Assembly: GCA_963796285.1 (NCBI GenBank)
Contig: CAWCKW010000013.1
Coordinates: 288,001 to 352,000 of the forward strand
Length of the DNA stretch: 64,000 nt
From: Nitrospirota bacterium
GTDB lineage: Bacteria; Nitrospirota; UBA9217
Reading direction: 5' to 3'
Shown: positions 53,268-61,770 of the stretch, piece by piece
Layout of the letters: every line of letters starts with the position of its first letter
Numbering within the stretch: position 1 is the stretch's first letter
Translations under genes and position numbers: made by a program
Notes under the pieces: model-generated
The model's database searches: none
What the model was told of the DNA's origin: nothing
What the model saw: the letters and a program-made list of their open reading frames with translations, nothing else

Positions 53268-54815
53268 CTACTCAGCCACGATCTCCACGACTCCTTCCCG
53301 TTTCTTCTGCGACTTCAGGAGAAAGACAAAGGGCAAAGAAATGATGAACAGGATCGTGACCAGCAGATACATGTAATTATACGCCATCATCCCCGCCTGG
53401 CGCGAAACCTCTCCGTCCATAAGAGTAAGTGCCATCTGCCGGGCGGTAGCCGGATCTGCCCCCTGGCCCTGCATGCCACCGGTTACGGTTCCGATCCATT
53501 GCGTGCCGACCTGGCTGTATTCGGTCACCTTCTCGGCCAGGAGCGCGTGATACCCCGTCATCGCTTTGGTAAGCTGCGAGGCGGCTATGGCGATGCCGAT
53601 GCTCGCAAAGACCTGGCGCACTACGTTATAGAGCCCGGCTGCGGCGGTCATACTCTGTTTATTGATCGTGGAAAGCGCCGCAGTGCTGAGCGCGACGAAG
53701 ATCAGGCCGAATCCCGCGCCCTGCAGGAGCTGCGGCACTATAAAATCCAGAATCCCGACGTTCAGCGAGAGGCGCGAAAGCTGATAGAACGACAGGGCGG
53801 TCACGAGCAATCCGCTCCCGATCAGCGCGCGCGGTCCCAGCTTGTTGTACAGCCTGCCGCCGACGGGCATGGCCACTGCCATGGCAAGGCTCCGGGGCAT
53901 CAGCGCAATGCCGGAATCCAGCGCCGGATAGCCGAGGAGCTGCTGCAGGAACATGGGGAGCAGGAAGAGGCTGCCGAACAACCCCATGCCGAGCAGGCCG
54001 CCGATGAACGATCCCGACGCGAAGTTGACATCCTTCAGCATCCGGAGGTCCACGGCGGGCTTCTCGCAGGTCAGTTCACGCCAGACAAAGAGCGCCATTG
54101 CCGTGAGGGAAACGATCATCAGGCCCCGGATCATATCCGATTCGAACCAGGCCTCACGCTCTCCCCGCTCGAGCAGAAGCTGGAGCGCACCCAGGCCCGC
54201 GACCATGAAACCGAGGCCGAGGAAGTCAATTTTCCCTTTTTCCCGAACGAGGTAGGACGGGTCCTTGATGTTCCTCATGACCATCAAAATATTGATAATG
54301 CCGAAGGGCACGTTGATGAAGAATATCCAGGGCCAGGAATAGTGGTCCGTGAGCCAGCCGCCGAGGGTCGGACCGAAGGCCGGGCCCAGAACAACGCCGA
54401 ATCCGAAAAGTCCCATGGCCTTCCCCTGCTCTTCAGGCGGAAAGGTTTCCCGCAGGATCGCCTGGGAAACGGGGATCAGCACGCCGCCGCCGATGCCCTG
54501 GATCACGCGAAAGACGACCATGGAGGTGAGGTCCCAGGCAATGCCGCAGAGCATGGAGCTTATTGTGAAGCTGACGATGCTGAAGAGGTAGAAGTTCTTC
54601 CGGCCGTACCGTGCGCTCAGCATGCCCACAATGGGCATACTGATGACGCTCGCCAGGATATATCCAGTGGCGACCCAGGTGATCTCCTCGACGGACGCAC
54701 CGAGGGAACCGCGCATGTACGGCAGCGCCACATTGATAATGCTCGAATCCAGCGCGGCCATGATGGTGCCGAGCATCACCGTGAGCGTGATGATCCATTT
54801 ATCCGATTTCGCCAT
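53268..54815 (-). CDS. emrB: DHA2 (EmrB/QacA) MFS efflux permease
   Basis: LDSSIINVALP, WVATGY, GPTLGGWLTDHYSWPWIFFINVP. Confidence 0.92.
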   Translation of the reverse strand: MAKSDKWIITLTVMLGTIMAALDSSIINVALPYMRGSLGASVEEITWVATGYILASVISMPIVGMLSARYGRKNFYLFSIVSFTISSMLCGIAWDLTSMVVFRVIQGIGGGVLIPVSQAILRETFPPEEQGKAMGLFGFGVVLGPAFGPTLGGWLTDHYSWPWIFFINVPFGIINILMVMRNIKDPSYLVREKGKIDFLGLGFMVAGLGALQLLLERGEREAWFESDMIRGLMIVSLTAMALFVWRELTCEKPAVDLRMLKDVNFASGSFIGGLLGMGLFGSLFLLPMFLQQLLGYPALDSGIALMPRSLAMAVAMPVGGRLYNKLGPRALIGSGLLVTALSFYQLSRLSLNVGILDFIVPQLLQGAGFGLIFVALSTAALSTINKQSMTAAAGLYNVVRQVFASIGIAIAASQLTKAMTGYHALLAEKVTEYSQVGTQWIGTVTGGMQGQGADPATARQMALTLMDGEVSRQAGMMAYNYMYLLVTILFIISLPFVFLLKSQKKREGVVEIVAE

Positions 54816-54861
54816 GTCGTGTTGTTGGTTCCTTAAATTCTAATCAAAGGTCAAAGCTTTT

Positions 54862-54984
54862 TCTCGCAAAGCACCGCAAAGGTCGCAAAGGGAACCTTAG
54901 GTCAAAATGATTTTTTAGTTTAAACCAGAAGCAAGCCGCTGCTTTAGATTTTCTTGGCGTCCTTTGCGTGCTTTGCGAGAGACG
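54862..54984. repeat. CGCAAAG-arm palindromic element between emrA and emrB
   Basis: TCTCGCAAAGCACCGCAAAGGTCGCAAAG ... TTTAAACCA ... CTTGGCGTCCTTTGCGTGCTTTGCGAGAGACG; same family as 57980-58113 and 60737-60842. Confidence 0.8.
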
Positions 54985-55008
54985 CCTTTTTTATTCTGCT
55001 TGTCCGTG

Positions 55009-56094
55009 TCAGGACTTTTCTTTGGTCGCCACCGACGGATAGACCGAAAGCCCGGGTCGCAGCGGATGGGCCGGATCAGGTTTCGAATCGATCAGTATCT
55101 TGACCGGTACGCGCTGCACGACCTTCACGAAGTTGCCCGTGGCGTTCTGCGGCGGCAGGAGGCTGAAGACCGCGCCCGTGCCCGGCTGAAAGCTGTCAAC
55201 ATGCCCCGCGAAGGTGACGCCCGGATAGGCGTCCACGGTGATGTCCACCGGCTGGCCCGGCTTCATATGGGCGATCTGCGTTTCCTTGAAGTTCGCCACC
55301 ACCCATAGACTGCCCTCATCCACGATTGCGAGGAGCGGCTGGCCGGGCTGCACATACTTTCCCTCGTCCACGTTCTTCTTGGCGATCCTGCCGTCGACAG
55401 GGGCCGTGACGGTGGTCCGGTCCAGGTCGAGCCGTGCCCGGTTCAAGGCTGTCCCGGCCTCCCGCATCTTGAACTTCTGGGTCTGGAGCTGGGCGTTCAG
55501 CGCCTCGATGGAGGCCTCGATCTCAGCCACCGCTGCGCTGGCCGAGGCCTTCCGGGCCACGGTGTCCCTCGATCTCGATTCCGCCTGATCATACTGACTT
55601 TGCGAGATCACTTCCTGTTTATGGAGCTCGGTGCTTCGCTTCAGGTCTTTCTCTGCCAACGCCACGCTTGTTTCCATGGCATCCAGATCGGCCCGGGCGC
55701 GTGCGAGCGTCATCGTCTTGACCTTGATCAACGCATGCGTTTCCTGCTGTTCGGCGGTCATGCGGGACATGCTGTCCTGCCTGGCCTGGACCAGATTGGA
55801 ATAGTCGTCCGACGCTATTTCCACCAGCGGTTCACCGGCTTTCATGGCCTGGTTGTCGGCAACGAACACCTTCAGCACCCTTCCTTTGACCTCCGAACTG
55901 ATCGGGACCACAACTCCTTCGACAAAGGCATCGTCCGTGCTCTCGTGCGCAAGCGCATAGGTTGTTTTCCGCACGCCGTATACAAGGCCGACGATCAGGC
56001 AGAGCACAATAACGACCCTCATCCCCCAGGTTTTCAGCGCCGCCCGGCCTGATGATCCGGTTTCCAATTCTTCGGTACTTTTCTGCATGAACAT
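55009..56094 (-). CDS. emrA: EmrA/HlyD family membrane fusion protein
   Basis: STDDAFV, APVDGRI, WVVANFKETQ, LLPPQNATGNFVKVVQRVPV. Confidence 0.92.
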   Translation of the reverse strand: MFMQKSTEELETGSSGRAALKTWGMRVVIVLCLIVGLVYGVRKTTYALAHESTDDAFVEGVVVPISSEVKGRVLKVFVADNQAMKAGEPLVEIASDDYSNLVQARQDSMSRMTAEQQETHALIKVKTMTLARARADLDAMETSVALAEKDLKRSTELHKQEVISQSQYDQAESRSRDTVARKASASAAVAEIEASIEALNAQLQTQKFKMREAGTALNRARLDLDRTTVTAPVDGRIAKKNVDEGKYVQPGQPLLAIVDEGSLWVVANFKETQIAHMKPGQPVDITVDAYPGVTFAGHVDSFQPGTGAVFSLLPPQNATGNFVKVVQRVPVKILIDSKPDPAHPLRPGLSVYPSVATKEKS

Positions 56095-56266
56095 GACAAG
56101 ATTCTCCTTCTAATAACTATTCCGCGCAATTGCAATTCTGTCAGTGCGTTATTTCCCTCATGCTATCATTCCCGAGGGCGTAATCGGGAATATGGTTTAC
56201 ATAAAAAATACAGCCGGATCCCCGATAGAAACGATCGGGGATGACTGTATAGACCGCTGCGCCAGT

Positions 56267-56902
56267 TCACTGGACCATGACCCCGCCCAGGAACACCCGC
56301 AGCGTCTGATGAATCCATTGCTCGCGGTATTTCCCATCCGCCGGCGACGGCCCGAAGAGGTCCTTTCCCAGGGGTGTCCTTCTCCTTGCATGGGAGATCT
56401 GCGCAGAGAGGGATTCCGCCGCAAAAGACGGGTCCACATCGCCTGCAAGGAGCTTGTTCTTTTTGGCCTGGTTCAGGAACTCGATCAAGGCCGCGCGATG
56501 CTTGAGGATCGTTTGCTGGATAACATGGTCGCTCCGCTCCATCTCGCGCTGCATGATGTAAATGACATCGGGCTGCTCCATCATCGCCTCGATCGTTTGG
56601 CGTATAAAGATCTCCAGCCGCACCTTGAGTTCGTCCGGGCTGTGCGGAGGCAGAAGCGTTTTTCTCGAAGAGACCAGCAGGTCCGAGATGAACTGCTCGA
56701 TGATGTGGCGGAAAAGCTTCTCTTTTGATTCAAAGTGATAGTTGACCGCCGCGATGTTCACCCCCGCCGTTTCACTGATTTCCTTGATCGAAACCCCGTC
56801 GTACCCCTTTTCAGCGAAGAGTCGGGTGGCCTCGGTAACAATGCGGCCGGCCGTGTCCTGTGTGAGCAAAGGTTCCTGCTGCGATTTGCGCTTTTTCTCC
56901 AT
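56267..56902 (-). CDS. TetR family transcriptional regulator
   Basis: ATRLFAEKGYDGVSIKEISETAGVNIAAVNYHFESKEKL. Confidence 0.92.
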   Translation of the reverse strand: MEKKRKSQQEPLLTQDTAGRIVTEATRLFAEKGYDGVSIKEISETAGVNIAAVNYHFESKEKLFRHIIEQFISDLLVSSRKTLLPPHSPDELKVRLEIFIRQTIEAMMEQPDVIYIMQREMERSDHVIQQTILKHRAALIEFLNQAKKNKLLAGDVDPSFAAESLSAQISHARRRTPLGKDLFGPSPADGKYREQWIHQTLRVFLGGVMVQ

Positions 56903-57047
56903 CTGAACGCCTTTCCCGGACATCGTGATGGGTAAACAACCGTGGACACCATAAACCACCGGGGCAAGGGAGTCAAATTATTATTTTTAATATTCAAATG
57001 ACCATTTGAAATAGACGTCGTCGGTAGGCCGAGAAGGGACAATGCCG

Positions 57048-57903
57048 CTACGGATGCAATCGCCGGCACGGTTCGAGGATCGCGTTGATGTCTTTATCGC
57101 CGTATTGTTCGCGCCGCCAGCGGTAAGGCAGGTCGATGATCTCGCCCGGCCGGGTGATGGCGCACAACGCGCGAAACGCCTCGGCAAGAACGACCCGCTG
57201 CTGGTCCGTGTTGAACGGTTCGCCCAGCGGATGGCCGAACGGCCAGCGCAGATAAACAGTCCGGGGCGGCTTCACCTTTACGGAATAGTCCCGCACGATC
57301 GAGATGCCGATGGTGGGTGTCCCTTGCCGCTCGATCTCCCGCTGGATCAGCCCCACGGACTGATTGCAGATGCCTCAGCCGGGCGTAAGCAACACCACGT
57401 CCGAGCCGTCCTGTCGTATCCGTTGTGCGATCTCGGGCGCCGTCGTGTTGATCAGCGTCAGGATGTGCGGCCCGGTGATATGTCCCATGAAGCCATAATG
57501 ATATCGGGCAACCTTTGCAATCGCGCCTTCGCGTTCGAACTCCCGCAGGCGCTCCGCGGGAAAGACCACGTTGATGTCACGGTCCGCGTCCGCGTGGTCG
57601 TAATAGTCGTGGGTGATCATCAGGTCTGTCGAGCGGGCGGGTGAGATCGATGACACGCCAGGAAGGATCGCCGTCCCGGTCGGCCATGTCGAAGGGCTTC
57701 TGGTCGCGGTGATGCACGCCCGCGGTCGTCACCATTGTCACGGTGCACTCCGAAAGCGGCTTTACGAACGGCGTCCAGGGCACGTCCTCCGATTCCCACG
57801 GCGCGTAGGACTGCACGAAACGCGTCGCGAGCGAGGGGAACCTCGTGATCACGCGCGCTATCAACCTATTTTTAAGGCTGTTCCAGGTCATGTTGTTTTG
57901 CAT
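57048..57903 (-). CDS. GrdB/PrdB-like selenoprotein (UxxC); in-frame TGA at 57375-57377 and an apparent indel near 57630
   Basis: Three ORF pieces join: VTTAGVH..FD...GDPSWR / THDYYDHADADRDINVVFP...YGFMG...DVVLLTPG-TGA-GICNQSVGLIQREIERQG...PPR...PFGHPLGEP. Confidence 0.85.
57346..57364 (-). promoter_or_regulatory. Candidate bacterial SECIS hairpin
   Basis: ATCAGTCC-GTG-GGGCTGAT stem-loop starting 10 nt after the in-frame TGA, with a G-containing apical loop. Confidence 0.6.
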
Positions 57904-57935
57904 GCGATCAAATAGAATTGCAGCAGCGGCTTTTT

Positions 57936-58151
57936 GGTAACTAAGTGAATCAAATTCTACTCAAAATGGCAAGAATATTTCTCGCGAAGGCGCAAAGCTC
58001 GCAAAGAAAGGCTAAATTACTTATTATTTTAAACCAAGACTTAAAGCTTTTCTTGGCGTTCTTTGCCTGTGCCCGCGCCTTGGCAACAGCAGGGTACGTC
58101 TTTGCGAGAGACGATTTTGGGTTTGAATTTTAGTTCCGGCTTGTCCGGGTT
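57936..58151 (+). mobile_element. Non-autonomous 216-bp insertion element (copy 1), including a 31-bp insert
   Basis: It interrupts a 73-bp sequence whose uninterrupted copy is at 58661-58733. Ends are GGTAACTAAG... and ...TTCCGGCTTGTCCGGGTT. Confidence 0.8.
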
Positions 58152-58220
58152 AGGGCGCGGTGCTTCAAGAATGTATCCAGTCTACCTGAAGGAAGGCGGG
58201 AAGGTCAAGGCGTTATAGAC

Positions 58221-58254
58221 AAAAAGAGCGGTACGTGCTTTAAGCGTACCGCCC
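58221..58254 (-). terminator. Intrinsic terminator after the Cys-rich ORF
   Basis: GCGGTACG-tgctttaag-CGTACCGC with a T-run on the minus strand. Confidence 0.65.
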
Positions 58255-58307
58255 GAATCATTTCGAGCGCCGTTGTCACGGCTAAGAAGTGAGAACTTCA
58301 AAATTTG

Positions 58308-58562
58308 TCATTGTCCAGGGTCTGATGGTGTTGGCGTGGGTACGGACGCCGGTGCGGGTACTACCGTGCAGCGTAATTCACATTGTTTCCTGATATCTTG
58401 GCATCTTGACTGGCAAAGGTCATCAGTGCTCATGCATTCATTATAACAGCTCGTATAGCTCTCTGAACAATCAGCTGCACAGTCTGCGAAAGAATTTGTA
58501 ACAGTAAAAACAGAAATAAGCACAAGCATCATCAACAAGACGAACGATATTCGCAATTTCAT
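58308..58562 (-). CDS. Secreted Cys-rich small protein with four CX3C units
   Basis: Signal peptide ending SFA, eight regularly spaced Cys, Pro/Thr tail, AGGAGG RBS, own terminator. Confidence 0.75.
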   Translation of the reverse strand: MKLRISFVLLMMLVLISVFTVTNSFADCAADCSESYTSCYNECMSTDDLCQSRCQDIRKQCELRCTVVPAPASVPTPTPSDPGQ

Positions 58563-58660
58563 TCTAGCCTCCTTTGATTGTTTTTTATGCCGAAAACTTA
58601 TTCCCGTTACTCACTTATAATGCAATTATAGTCAAATTTTATTTGTAACGCAACCGCGCA

Positions 58661-58733
58661 ATCAAATCGAATTGCAACAGCGGCTTTTTAGGGCGCGGTG
58701 CTTCAAGAATATATCCAGTCTACCCGAAGGAAG
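58661..58733. repeat. 73-bp direct repeat (empty allele) of 57907-57935 + 58152-58195
   Basis: 27/29 and 42/44 identity by manual alignment. Confidence 0.9.
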
Positions 58734-58797
58734 TGTGGAGCTGCCCCTAAAGGTACCCGCTGGTTGGAGCTATTTGCGGGCATTGTGCGGCGAAAGA

Positions 58798-59094
58798 TCA
58801 GGCATGCGCGAGGACATGGATACCGGCAAGTCGCTTACCGATGCTCGCCTTTGCAATTTTCAGGTCATAAGACGCCTGAAGATTGAGCCAGTATTGCGGC
58901 GATTGGTTGAACGCACGACCGAACAGCAAAGCCAGTTCCGCCGTTACCGGACGAGTTCCCTTGATAACATGCGAAATCCGCATGGGCGAGACCCCGATTG
59001 TGCGGGCGAACTCAGCTTGAGATATACCCATTTCTCCCAAGATTTCTGTCAGAAATTCTCCCGGATGAATTGCAGGCAACCCATTCTTAACCAT
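58798..59094 (-). CDS. higA: HigA antitoxin (HTH)
   Basis: IHPGEFL, ISQAEFARTIGVSPMRIS, SPQYWLNLQASYDL; AGGAG RBS. Confidence 0.93.
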   Translation of the reverse strand: MVKNGLPAIHPGEFLTEILGEMGISQAEFARTIGVSPMRISHVIKGTRPVTAELALLFGRAFNQSPQYWLNLQASYDLKIAKASIGKRLAGIHVLAHA

Positions 59095-59107
59095 GTTTGT
59101 ATCTCCT

Positions 59108-59390
59108 TTAGTGATAATCAACGATATCAACGTCATAAGCATCGCCATTTTCAAAGCGGAAACATACGCGCCACTGGTCGTTAATGCGAATGCTCCATTG
59201 GCCGGTGCGATCATGAGCCAACGCTCTCCAGTCTATTGGAAGGCGGGATGCGTAAATCGTCGAGGCATGTGCGCCCCATCCAACTGGGTCAACCGCATTG
59301 CCGCACGTTTCAGTATATCCTGCGGCAAGCGCGTGATTTTCCGGTGGCAAAGAAGCGTTCCGTTTCGGAAGAGGCAAACGACTGAATCAT
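59108..59390 (-). CDS. higB: HigB (RelE-like) toxin, frameshifted in this sequence
   Basis: MIQSFASSETERFF...LDDLRIPPSNRLE...GQWSIRINDQWRVCFRFENGDAYDVDIVDYH across frames. Confidence 0.85.
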
Positions 59391-59395
59391 GGGAG

Positions 59396-59425
59396 AATAA
59401 TAAACAATTTGTTTATTATTGTCAA
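59396..59425 (-). promoter_or_regulatory. higBA promoter with a 25-bp palindromic operator
   Basis: TTGACA-17 nt-TATTAT-6 nt-ATG; AATAATAAACAA-T-TTGTTTATTATT perfect palindrome at 59396-59420. Confidence 0.8.
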
Positions 59426-59437
59426 GTGGCTTTATAC

Positions 59438-59492
59438 TGCACGCCCGCGGTCGTCACCATTGTCACGGTGCACTCCGAAAGCGGCTTTACGA
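59438..59492. repeat. 55-bp exact direct repeat of an internal segment of the selenoprotein gene (57713-57767)
   Basis: TGCACGCCCGCGGTCGTCACCATTGTCACGGTGCACTCCGAAAGCGGCTTTACGA at both positions. Confidence 0.9.
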
Positions 59493-59503
59493 CCGCCGTT
59501 ACC

Positions 59504-60686
59504 TTAGCCAAGTGTGAGATACCCATCAGGGGCCAGACTGGTTGCAAGCATCACCATGTTGATATCTCGATGCTCCCTCCAGGAGTTCGCCTGTCTGTTT
59601 GCAGGTTCAAGCCAAAACGTCTCAATAACGTCACGAAGAGGTGTGTACTGCATCAGGCTTTCGGTCCGTGAATGAATGCGCTGTTTCATTTTGAAATCGT
59701 GTGGAGCTTGTTTGATCAGTCCCGGCAACTTCTCTAGTGCGCGTAATCCAATGGACAAGCCCAGTTCCCGAAATGCGAGCCGGTAATCAGCAGGAAGCAT
59801 CAAGGGGTCCCTTTCCCTTGCATAGGATCGCAAACCGATCAGGGAAGCATCCAGGAGAGCATCCAGAAGTTCGGCTTGATCAAAACCTTCGATCATTATC
59901 AATTGAGCCAATTTGCATGCGGCACTCAAGAGTTCGCCAATACCCAAGGGGTCATCTGTTACCCAACTTTTTCTTTCACAAATGCCGGCCATGTCTTTGA
60001 TCTCTGCGCTGAGGTCCAGCCGTGTTGATCTATCGGGATCTTTTTCCGCAGTCGACTGAAGTTGGAGATACGTGATGAATCCATCGAGAGGATCGTGCTG
60101 CCCCATCGAGGCTACAAGCGGATACGAGAGGTCAATGCTCATTTTCCAGTGCATGCGTTTCTGACCGCCGGACGACGGTACATAGGTGAACCTGGCGTGA
60201 GCGGTTTTCGCAAGTTCGATCGCCCATCTGTTGCAGGTTGGATCTCCCGTGACTCTGCTTGCTCTATTGAGAGCGTGCATCCACTTCGTCAGGTAATGAT
60301 AGTACTGTCCATCCCGGTCCCATTCCAACTGTTCATCATAGGGATCACCGGGCCCGCGCTCGTTCATGCCCTTGCCGATCCGTAACCCGCCTTTTGTAGG
60401 GTGCAATCTGCCTTCCTGTTCACTGAGACCGCTGATCCAGCCGGTCCGTCGGGTCATCGTCACGGTGTCGTCCGAGTATGAAATGGACCTGATCGATGAG
60501 GTGCAGCGCGAGCTTCTTGTATTGTTCATCACGTGTCTGACGATAAAGCCCCAGGAAGTTGCAGACGGCAAAAGCGTCTGTCCATAAGTAGCGCCGCGGC
60601 ACTTTACTGTCCGATAGGAGCCCGGTCAGATCGGCAAACTCGCTCATGAAATTCAGGGCCAGTGAACTGGAGGTGTTTTGTTCCAT
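59504..60686 (-). CDS. Hypothetical protein (possibly alpha/alpha-barrel fold); frameshift near 60450
   Basis: N-terminal part RRYLWTDAFAVCNFL (ORF 60420..60686) joins the C-terminal part DGQYYHYLTKWMHAL...HRDINMVMLATSL (ORF 59504..60571). Confidence 0.7.
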
Positions 60687-60706
60687 CTTTCCCCTAACAC
60701 CTTCCT

Positions 60707-60885
60707 AAGCCGGACAAAGCCGGAACCAAAGACGTCTCTCGCAAAGGCGCAAAGGTCGCAAAGAAAGCAAATTACTAGTATTGTTTTAAACCAAGATTTA
60801 AAGCTTTTCTTCTGCGTAGCCTCTCGCGCCTCTCTGCGGAGAAATATTCTTGCCGTTTTGAGTAGAATTTGATTCCGTAGTTACT
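60707..60885 (-). mobile_element. Non-autonomous ~179-bp insertion element (copy 2, opposite orientation)
   Basis: Reverse complement starts AGTAACTACGGAATCAAATTCTACTCAAAACGGCAAGAATATTT and ends GGTTCCGGCTTTGTCCGGCTT|AGG, matching the ends of copy 1. Confidence 0.8.
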
Positions 60886-61106
60886 AATTATAGCGTTTGT
60901 TCCAAGGATAGACTTCTCGTTGAAATATGCACATTGAGACATCATGCCATAGGTGCGACTTCCGGGAAGGATGCGAGAAGAATAGGGGCAGAGTCAGGCA
61001 TTGTAACATGCACTCCATACTCGTGACACAGGAAGGGCATGTCGTATCCTACAAGCCCTTCGCTCTGTTTGAAGCCATTCACGAGTTACTGATAAAAAAA
61101 TGTTGT

Positions 61107-61520
61107 CTAGCTCGCCCCAAGCGCCTTCGCAGCCTTGTTCACGTCCTTCGTCCCAACCCAAAGGATGGCGGCATAGCGGCCCGCTCCAGCCGACACAGCG
61201 TCAATGGCCGTAACGTTGATCTTTTTCTCCGCCATCGTTTTGAGCAAGTCCGCCACGGCGCCCTTCCGGTCATCGCCCTGGACCAAAAACCCGAACTTCT
61301 GAGGACGTGTCTTGATCTTCGCCGCCTTGACAGCATTCTTAAACACTGCCACATCCTCTGGGATAAAATCGAGCTGCGCCTTCCTGCCGCTTGGGAACCC
61401 CGTGAACGCCAAGAAGTTCACGCCCGCATCAGCCAAAGCCCCCAGCACTCGTGCCCCCTCACCCGGCTTGTTCGGTACATCCATAGCAAAATACGCCACC
61501 TTCCTGATAGTATCCGCCAT
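61107..61520 (-). CDS. Hypothetical protein with tandem ACT-like domains
   Basis: VPNKPGEGARVLGALADAGVN and GDDRKGAVADLLKTMAEKKINV; AGGAGG RBS. Confidence 0.75.
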   Translation of the reverse strand: MADTIRKVAYFAMDVPNKPGEGARVLGALADAGVNFLAFTGFPSGRKAQLDFIPEDVAVFKNAVKAAKIKTRPQKFGFLVQGDDRKGAVADLLKTMAEKKINVTAIDAVSAGAGRYAAILWVGTKDVNKAAKALGAS

Positions 61521-61709
61521 ATCTAACACCTCCTTTTAAGATATTATAGCAGCTTTAAAAGATGCTCCCTTAGAAGAGGAAGAAACACACACTCTCTATT
61601 TCACGTATTGATCTTGAGTTCTCATATCATTGACTAATCGCCTGTCCACCTATAAGCTTGCAATGACAGTTGATGAACAGGAGATGCAGGATACATATTG
61701 AAACATGCA

Positions 61710-61770
61710 CATGAACAGTACGTATGTGCGGCTGGCGCTTGCGCCAGTCCGAACCATGCGCTTGTTAGCG
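61710..61770 (-). mobile_element. Degenerate integron attC-like site (61 bp)
   Basis: CGCTAAC AAGCG CATGGTTCGGAC TGGCGC AA GCGCCA GCCGCACATACG TACT GTTCATG; the patatin stop codon lies inside the CGCTAAC box. Confidence 0.65.

Noticed and set aside
52275-54836. 853-aa plus-strand ORF
   Set aside because: Antisense shadow of emrB and the kinase-like gene; no recognisable motifs.
57945-60872. Two short ORFs (57945..58133, 60678..60872) sharing AKAQ.SQRK and LNQDLKLF
   Set aside because: They are translations of the repeat arms and spacer, with no RBS or coding evidence. They only confirm the shared spacer orientation.
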